DNA of 64,000 nt from Pseudomonas phage sp. 30-2. Where the stretch lies: the sequence record LC727697.1. One strand, written 5' to 3'. The notes beneath the pieces were generated by a model, which was not told the origin of the DNA, did no database searches, and saw only the letters and a program-made list of their open reading frames with translations. Shown here in pieces: positions 58,212-64,000 of the stretch; the stretch's first letter is position 1, and each line of letters starts with the position of its first letter. The position numbers and the translations under genes were made by a program.

Positions 58212-58709
58212 ATGAAAACCATCTTTTATACAAACCCTATCGACGAAACAAGGGTTGCTAAATTAATAACAGACAAATCTACAGAAGAATTATATACGCT
58301 GGGTATATTTAACGAAAATACCCAATATGTTATATACGATAAACTTCCCGACACTTTAGAACAACAATTTTTCGATTCATTAAAATTTGATAAAATACAA
58401 AATCCAACTAAAGTAGTAATAGATTTAGATTCTGCTGCAAATAAAACATTAAAAAATATAAGAACTGAAAGAAATATGGTTTTGGCTTCCCTCGACAGAG
58501 AAGCAGTTAAGTACATAACTAACCCCGATATATTATCTATTATAGAAAAAGATAAAGATATTTTACGAGACTTACCAGAAAAAATAGATTTTTCTAAAAT
58601 AAAAAAAGCACAAGATTTATTAAAAATAGAATTCCCCGAACTATCGGTTAATTATGAAAAAAAATACAACGATTTAAGAAAAAAGCAAAGAGAAAAAAAA
58701 GCAACCTAA
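58212..58709 (+). CDS. hypothetical protein (165 aa) downstream of the fibre genes (possible fibre assembly factor)
   Basis: The call rests on position alone. Followed by a strong terminator. Confidence 0.3.
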   Translation: MKTIFYTNPIDETRVAKLITDKSTEELYTLGIFNENTQYVIYDKLPDTLEQQFFDSLKFDKIQNPTKVVIDLDSAANKTLKNIRTERNMVLASLDREAVKYITNPDILSIIEKDKDILRDLPEKIDFSKIKKAQDLLKIEFPELSVNYEKKYNDLRKKQREKKAT

Positions 58710-58721
58710 GGTTGCTTTTTT
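58693..58721. terminator. intrinsic terminator
   Basis: AAAAAAAAGCAACC-TAA-GGTTGCTTTTTT. Confidence 0.65.
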
Positions 58722-58775
58722 ATTGAGATATTTTTGTTTATTTTATCAGATAAATACCTATAACTAGGAGTTTAT

Positions 58776-59867
58776 ATGGCACGGTTATCACTTTGGAATC
58801 CTAACAAAGGAAAAGACTATAGTTTCGTAGACAGAACTGTAAAAGATTTTGTCGAAATGGGCGGTACTGGAATTATAGTTCACAAATATGTAGGGACAGG
58901 TAAAGGCGACGAAACTACAATAGAAGATATTTTATTTTTAGAAAATAGAAATAGAAAATATGATAGTAGTTTGTTTGACTTAAGGGGGTGTTATCAGCCG
59001 CAAAATTCTGAATTCGATTTATCACAGTTCGGTATATTTTTAACAAACGATACCATTTTCATAACATTTCATTATAATTCTATGCTAAATCAAATAGGTA
59101 GAAAATTAATGTCCGGTGATGTATTAGAATTACCGCATTTAAGAGATCCCGATACACTAGATATTAACGATCCTATATTAAATAGATATTATGTAATTCA
59201 AGATGCTACTCATTCTGCAGAAGGATATGGTCCGGGCTGGTGGTCTCATTTATGGAGAGTAAAAGCTCAACAACTAAAAGGCGGTCAAGAATACGAAGAT
59301 ATTATAGGAACCGACGGAACAGCAATAGGTCCCAACGGAGAAGAAATAGGTCCTGCCGGATGTTATGATGATAATAAATGCCCTATAACAAACGACGACA
59401 AATATCAGGACATAACAGACGGTATAATAGAAGAAGCAAGAAAAAATGTTATGTTCGATCCTACATGGTCAGATGCTGCACATCTCTGGATGGCAGAAAA
59501 AGAAAACGGTTCGTTCGAATTATTACTATGGACTGGAACTGGTGTGCCGCCAAATGCATACAAACTAAAAGGGTCTGGTACAGAATTTCCAGATGATATG
59601 CAAGAGGGAGAATTCTTTTTAAGAACAGACTTCAAGCCAGACAGATTATTTAGAAAAGTAGGAAATCGCTATATAAAAATAGAAGATGATGCTAGGAGAA
59701 AATGGACTCCTGTAAATATGCTATTAGATACATTCATTGATAACACAAACATTGTTACAAATAATGATTGTACTACAGCACCAGAAAAACAAGCACTATC
59801 TAAAGCAGTAAAAGCCAGAGTAAATCTAAACGAAGATAAACTCAACGAAATATACGGTAAAAAATAA
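58776..59867 (+). CDS. 8: baseplate wedge protein (T4 gp8-like)
   Basis: TIFITF and GPGWWSHLWRV resemble gp8 NTIFITFGRSEPW / GAGWLVYRCL. 363 aa vs 334 aa. Confidence 0.5.
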   Translation: MARLSLWNPNKGKDYSFVDRTVKDFVEMGGTGIIVHKYVGTGKGDETTIEDILFLENRNRKYDSSLFDLRGCYQPQNSEFDLSQFGIFLTNDTIFITFHYNSMLNQIGRKLMSGDVLELPHLRDPDTLDINDPILNRYYVIQDATHSAEGYGPGWWSHLWRVKAQQLKGGQEYEDIIGTDGTAIGPNGEEIGPAGCYDDNKCPITNDDKYQDITDGIIEEARKNVMFDPTWSDAAHLWMAEKENGSFELLLWTGTGVPPNAYKLKGSGTEFPDDMQEGEFFLRTDFKPDRLFRKVGNRYIKIEDDARRKWTPVNMLLDTFIDNTNIVTNNDCTTAPEKQALSKAVKARVNLNEDKLNEIYGKK

Positions 59868-61237
59868 TGAACTATTTTTACGACGAGCAGTTAAGACGAT
59901 ATCTTTTACAGTTTCTACGAGTTTTTTCAGATATAAACATAAGAACTGCACCTGACGATAACGGCGTATCTATTCAAAAAAGAGTCCCAGTTATATACGG
60001 AGATATGTCTAGACAAGTTGCATCTATTATTAACGGAAATAATCAAAATACAGTAATACCTGTGCCTATTATGGCAGGTTATATCACTGGTTTAGATTTG
60101 GCACCAGATTATCGGGTTGATACACAAGGGGTAAAAGTATCTAATGTTACGGAATTAGCTACAGATGCAAATGGTAGTTATATTAACAAACCCGGAAATA
60201 GATACACAGTTGAAGCATATATGCCTGTGCCTTATAAACTAACAACACGATTAGATATATTGACTTCTAATACAGATAATAAATTACAAATTTTAGAACA
60301 AATATTAGTATTATTTAACCCTAGTATACAGCTAGAACAAAATCAAAACCCCTTAGATTGGTCTAGAATATTTGAATTAGAATTAAAAGAAACACAATGG
60401 TCTAACAGGACTATACCTGTAGGGACATCTACTGACTACGATATATCGTCTCTTATATTTCAAATGATTGTATATATAAATCCACCAGCTAAAGTTAAAA
60501 AACAAAAGATAATCAATACAATCATAAGTAACATTTATACAGATAGTTTTTCTGATATAAAAAGTACGACCGATTTCTTTAATGTAACTCCCGGTACAGT
60601 TAAAGAACAGTTATGTGTGACACCCGGAAACTATGGTCTAAGAGTAATTGATAACAAACTAACATTACTTAATACATACGGAGATGTATCATCCGATTCG
60701 TGGGACAAATTACTTAATATATACGGTTCAGTTGAACAAAATGTTACTACAGTTAAACTCATTCAGGGAAATATAGATAATCCCGATATAGAAATAATAG
60801 GATATATAGAACCTTCGTCTACAAATACAACTACATTTACCCCAATAGACGAAACTTTGCCTTCTGCTACTATTCCGCCTATAAATAGAATTATAGATCC
60901 ATCTAAAATGTTTCCTGGAAATAAATTACCAGAAGCACAAATAGGCCAAAGATACATGGTACTAAATTCGTTAACTAAAGGAGAAGAACCTGCAATAAAA
61001 AATTCATACCCATGGGGTAATAGTTTTGTTGCATACGATTCTGATATAATAGAATATACAGGAACACAATGGGTAGTTACATTTAATGCAAGAGTAACAA
61101 ATAATAGTCCTGTGTATGTTAGAAATTTATACGATAAAGAATTATACAAATTTAAAGATAGAGAATGGCAATATGGATACGCAGGGGATTATAAAGCAGG
61201 ATATTGGCGCGTCGATAACATCTGCTCAATTAGCTAA
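59867..61237 (+). CDS. baseplate-associated structural protein (456 aa)
   Basis: ATGA-coupled to the gp8-like gene. No direct match recalled. Confidence 0.35.
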   Translation: MNYFYDEQLRRYLLQFLRVFSDINIRTAPDDNGVSIQKRVPVIYGDMSRQVASIINGNNQNTVIPVPIMAGYITGLDLAPDYRVDTQGVKVSNVTELATDANGSYINKPGNRYTVEAYMPVPYKLTTRLDILTSNTDNKLQILEQILVLFNPSIQLEQNQNPLDWSRIFELELKETQWSNRTIPVGTSTDYDISSLIFQMIVYINPPAKVKKQKIINTIISNIYTDSFSDIKSTTDFFNVTPGTVKEQLCVTPGNYGLRVIDNKLTLLNTYGDVSSDSWDKLLNIYGSVEQNVTTVKLIQGNIDNPDIEIIGYIEPSSTNTTTFTPIDETLPSATIPPINRIIDPSKMFPGNKLPEAQIGQRYMVLNSLTKGEEPAIKNSYPWGNSFVAYDSDIIEYTGTQWVVTFNARVTNNSPVYVRNLYDKELYKFKDREWQYGYAGDYKAGYWRVDNICSIS

Positions 61238-61664
61238 AAAGATAGCTGTGGGGACTCTTTTTATTTCATGCAAAACTAATAGAATTCTATATAATTTGCG
61301 TGCAGAGCACAAGACATATAGTCTTACATGGAGTTTATGGGGAGGTATGTTAGAAAATAACGAATTACCGAAGGATGGACTTCTAAGAGAACTTCAAGAA
61401 GAAATGGGTTTTGTACCCAATATAGATAAAATTTATCCGTTTGATATTTACGAAAGTAAAGATAAAAATTTTAGATATTACAGTTTTGTTTGTGTTGTAG
61501 AAGACGAATTCATTCCTATACTTAATTCGGAATCGTCAGGATATGCTTGGGTTTCATTGGGTACTTGGCCGAATCCTATGCACTATGGTGCAAAGCAAAG
61601 TTTTAAATCTGCTAAAAGTATCGATAAACTTAAATTAATATTGTCAAACCATAAAGAAGTATAA
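61116..61664 (+). CDS. Nudix hydrolase (true start uncertain)
   Basis: Nudix box GGMLENNELPKDGLLRELQEEMGF fits GX5EX7REUXEEXGU. The ORF overlaps the upstream gene by ~120 nt in another frame. Confidence 0.7.
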   Translation: MLEIYTIKNYTNLKIENGNMDTQGIIKQDIGASITSAQLAKKIAVGTLFISCKTNRILYNLRAEHKTYSLTWSLWGGMLENNELPKDGLLRELQEEMGFVPNIDKIYPFDIYESKDKNFRYYSFVCVVEDEFIPILNSESSGYAWVSLGTWPNPMHYGAKQSFKSAKSIDKLKLILSNHKEV

Positions 61665-61666
61665 AA

Positions 61667-62275
61667 ATGGTACACAATGAAGTAACTAATTTAATTGAAT
61701 TTAAATATAAAAAATATTTAAACATATATAATAAAACCGGTATAATAAACAAAGAATTATATAATAATAAAGGTATTAATTCTAATATAAAAAATCTTTG
61801 CACAAAAGAATTATATAAAAAATTAGAATTAGATATAGCAACTAAAATTGCGTTAAATTATTATAACGAAACTATAAAATTCGATTCAGAATTATGTACA
61901 TTATATAACACGCTAGAAACAGAAACATCTAAATATAAATACCCTGCCATACTTGCTAATTATAAAAAGAATATAAATCCCGTTTATAGTATACATCAAG
62001 AGTTACAGGCAGCATTGTTGTCTGATTTAGTTACTCTAAAAACATCGTGGATTATATCCACATTCTATACAGAATATTTTTTATTATCTGTAATTTCAGA
62101 TATAAACTGCGATTTAAATAAAATATGTGTTTTTAAATCAAAATATAATAAAGATTACAAATATTTTAATAAAAATATAAAAGAATTAAATAAAATAAGA
62201 GATAAACTAGAATACTGCTTAAATGATTTTAGCTTAATGCTATTAGGAATTTCAGAAAAAAGGGACTTAGGTTAG
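61667..62275 (+). CDS. hypothetical protein (202 aa, Asn/Lys/Tyr-rich)
   Basis: Complete ORF with very AT-rich codons. Confidence 0.35.
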   Translation: MVHNEVTNLIEFKYKKYLNIYNKTGIINKELYNNKGINSNIKNLCTKELYKKLELDIATKIALNYYNETIKFDSELCTLYNTLETETSKYKYPAILANYKKNINPVYSIHQELQAALLSDLVTLKTSWIISTFYTEYFLLSVISDINCDLNKICVFKSKYNKDYKYFNKNIKELNKIRDKLEYCLNDFSLMLLGISEKRDLG

Positions 62276-62287
62276 TCCCTTTTTTTG
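62256..62287. terminator. bidirectional terminator hairpin
   Basis: AAAAAGGGACT-TAGGT-TAGTCCCTTTTTT between convergent genes. Confidence 0.6.
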
Positions 62288-64000
62288 TAAGAAAGTTGTT
62301 GTTTTAATTCTTCTATTTCTTTAGAAAGTTCATTAACTGCACTAACTAACAGTGCAATTATTCCATTATGGTTTACAGTTTTTATACCGTCTACTTCTCT
62401 TACACTTTCAGGTTGTATCGTTTCAACTTCCTGCGCAATAATACCGGTTTGTTTTTCGTTATTACAATCATTTCTAGTATAGGTATATCCTGAAATTTTG
62501 CTAAGAAGTTCTACTGGATTTTTAATAGGCTGTATATTATCTTTTAATTTTATATCAGATGTATTAAAAACAGCATTTCCTGTTACCGACAATGCACCAG
62601 ATATAGTTGTATTTCCCGTTATAGTATTTCCGTTATTAGAAATATTCGATAAACCTACTTGAGCAGGAGTATGTGTATGTGATATATTAGCTTTTGTCGT
62701 TGCTAAGTCATATGCAGTTTTTACCGAATTAGGTGTAGCAGCAGTAGATATAGATGTACTGGCAACTGAATCTAACAGAGTTACTATACCATATACAGTA
62801 GTCGAGGCAAACGGTAATCTAGCATTCGCAATAACACCAGACGTAATATTAGATGCATCATGGGTGTGAGAAACATTAGCTTTTGTCGTTGCCAAATCAT
62901 ATGCAGTTTTCACTGAATTAGGCGTAGCAGCAGTAGTTGTAGATGTGCTGGCAACACCGTCAGTAAGCTGAACTATACCTTGTGCAGTAGTAGACGAAAC
63001 CGGAAGTCTGGCTACAGCAATAGTACCAGTAGTAATATTAGATGCATCATGAGTATGTGATATATTAGCTTTTGTCGTTGCTAAGTCATATGCAGTTTTT
63101 ACCGAATTAGGTGTAGCGGCAGTAGTTGTAGATGTGCTAGCAACACCATCTGTTAACTGTAAAATACCTTGTGCTGTTGTGCTTCCAACTGGCAGTCTAG
63201 CATTCGCAATAACACCAGACGTAATATTAGATGCATCATGTGTATGTGATGCAGCAGCATACCATGTATCAGTTAATGTTCTATTAACCGACAACGTAAT
63301 ATTACTAGATAAATTTCCTCCGCCAGATAGACCAGTTCCTGCAGATACTGTTCTACTAACAGGTACAGCATTAGTAATATTAGATACATCCAATATGCCG
63401 TTTGTCCATTTATTTGTAGACGCATTCCATATTAAAGTATTCCCAGCAGCAGGCGTTGTAACAGCAGCATCTTCTAGATTAGATAGTGTTGCTGAACCAG
63501 CAGAAGCTACAGTAGATTTACCAGATATAACTGATATATCTATCGTAGTAGCATATGTTACTTGAGTTCCAGCGGCGTTCCATCTAAGATATCCTAATGG
63601 CACAGATGTGCTTGCAGTATCACTTAACCCAACTAGTTGATAATTAGCAGAAGTTGGTTGACCTGTTAAATCGGAATAAGCAAGTCTAGTGTTTACCCAT
63701 TTAGATGAAGTAGTATCGTATCGCAATGTATTACTAGCGCCAGGTGACGATATAGTTACATCACTAAGAAAACTTAGAGCCCCTTGTCCTGCTTTAGCAA
63801 CAGAAGATAACCCAGTTAACTGTGCATAATCTATAGTGGATTGATATACTATCTGTGTTCCGGTGGGATTCCATCGTAAATAACCACCCGAAAGTGCAGT
63901 ATCATTAGTATCATTTAACCCAATAAAACTATACGAATTGTTAGTAGGGGTATTAGAAAGATCAGTATATGATAATACTTGGTTTACCCAATCAGTTCCG
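62272..64000 (-). CDS. tail fibre protein with tandem repeats and a C-terminal self-cleaving intramolecular chaperone (peptidase S74-like) domain; partial, 5' end beyond the window
   Basis: The reading frame stays open upstream of Met 63726 to the window edge. Three tandem 63-aa repeats (HTHDASNIT...TAYDLATTKANIS). C-terminal NTSDIKLKDNIQPI matches the S-D-x-x-L-K-x-N-I autocleavage site. Confidence 0.7.
   Translation of the reverse strand, partial: GTDWVNQVLSYTDLSNTPTNNSYSFIGLNDTNDTALSGGYLRWNPTGTQIVYQSTIDYAQLTGLSSVAKAGQGALSFLSDVTISSPGASNTLRYDTTSSKWVNTRLAYSDLTGQPTSANYQLVGLSDTASTSVPLGYLRWNAAGTQVTYATTIDISVISGKSTVASAGSATLSNLEDAAVTTPAAGNTLIWNASTNKWTNGILDVSNITNAVPVSRTVSAGTGLSGGGNLSSNITLSVNRTLTDTWYAAASHTHDASNITSGVIANARLPVGSTTAQGILQLTDGVASTSTTTAATPNSVKTAYDLATTKANISHTHDASNITTGTIAVARLPVSSTTAQGIVQLTDGVASTSTTTAATPNSVKTAYDLATTKANVSHTHDASNITSGVIANARLPFASTTVYGIVTLLDSVASTSISTAATPNSVKTAYDLATTKANISHTHTPAQVGLSNISNNGNTITGNTTISGALSVTGNAVFNTSDIKLKDNIQPIKNPVELLSKISGYTYTRNDCNNEKQTGIIAQEVETIQPESVREVDGIKTVNHNGIIALLVSAVNELSKEIEELKQQLSYKKRD
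62680..63246 (-). repeat. three in-frame tandem ~189-bp coding repeats within the tail fibre gene
   Basis: Near-identical DNA blocks visible at ~62680-62868, 62869-63057 and 63058-63246. Confidence 0.7.

Noticed and set aside
62680-63246. Possible CRISPR-like array suggested by three near-identical ~189-bp direct repeats
   Set aside because: The repeats are contiguous with no spacers. They are in-frame inside a long ORF and encode a repeated 63-aa fibre module. This is not a CRISPR array.

Overview
This window is a 64 kb segment of an AT-rich, divergent T4-like myovirus genome (Straboviridae-type gene content). It is densely coding, with almost no host-like sequence.

From about 1-50 kb nearly every gene is on the minus strand. 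Recognisable products, by similarity to T4 proteins recalled from memory, are:
- an ATP-dependent RNA/DNA ligase
- gp61 primase and gp41 helicase
- UvsW, a probable UvsY, and UvsX
- the gp32 single-stranded DNA-binding protein
- the gp17 large terminase
- the gp19 tail tube and gp18 tail sheath
- gp1 dNMP kinase
- rIIA and rIIB
- an M3 oligopeptidase, a DEDD exonuclease, a glutaredoxin and dihydrofolate reductase

From 50-62 kb a plus-strand block carries:
- a signal-anchor-release (SAR) GH24 endolysin and a small two-TM membrane protein (possible holin)
- a convergent overlapping i-spanin/o-spanin pair
- three tandem paralogous tail-fiber genes
- a gp8-like baseplate wedge protein and a Nudix hydrolase

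A minus-strand tail fibre with tandem repeats and a C-terminal self-cleaving chaperone domain runs off the right end.

The most notable signal is a fractured uvsX gene. A 64-aa N-extein plus a 17-aa intein N-fragment (20596..20841) and a 128-aa intein C-fragment plus the RecA-core C-extein (17835..19106) are separated by a free-standing 477-aa endonuclease gene (19110..20543). Conceptual splicing restores an intact Walker A motif (GESG|SGKS). This looks like an atypically split mini-intein with a very short N-fragment.

The intervening gene ends in a Vsr/DUF559-like nuclease domain (signature E-[FY]-x-G-x-[YF]-W-H ... D..R..L...G..v). Two larger paralogs of the same family lie elsewhere: a 611-aa protein with six HTH-like repeats, between uvsX and uvsY, and a 538-aa protein with an N-terminal C2H2-like finger, between the tail tube and sheath genes. 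Together they indicate a locally expanded family of putative homing endonucleases.

No rRNA, tRNA or CRISPR array was found. Several strong bidirectional hairpin terminators and two GC-richer intergenic islands (possible small structured RNAs) are noted.
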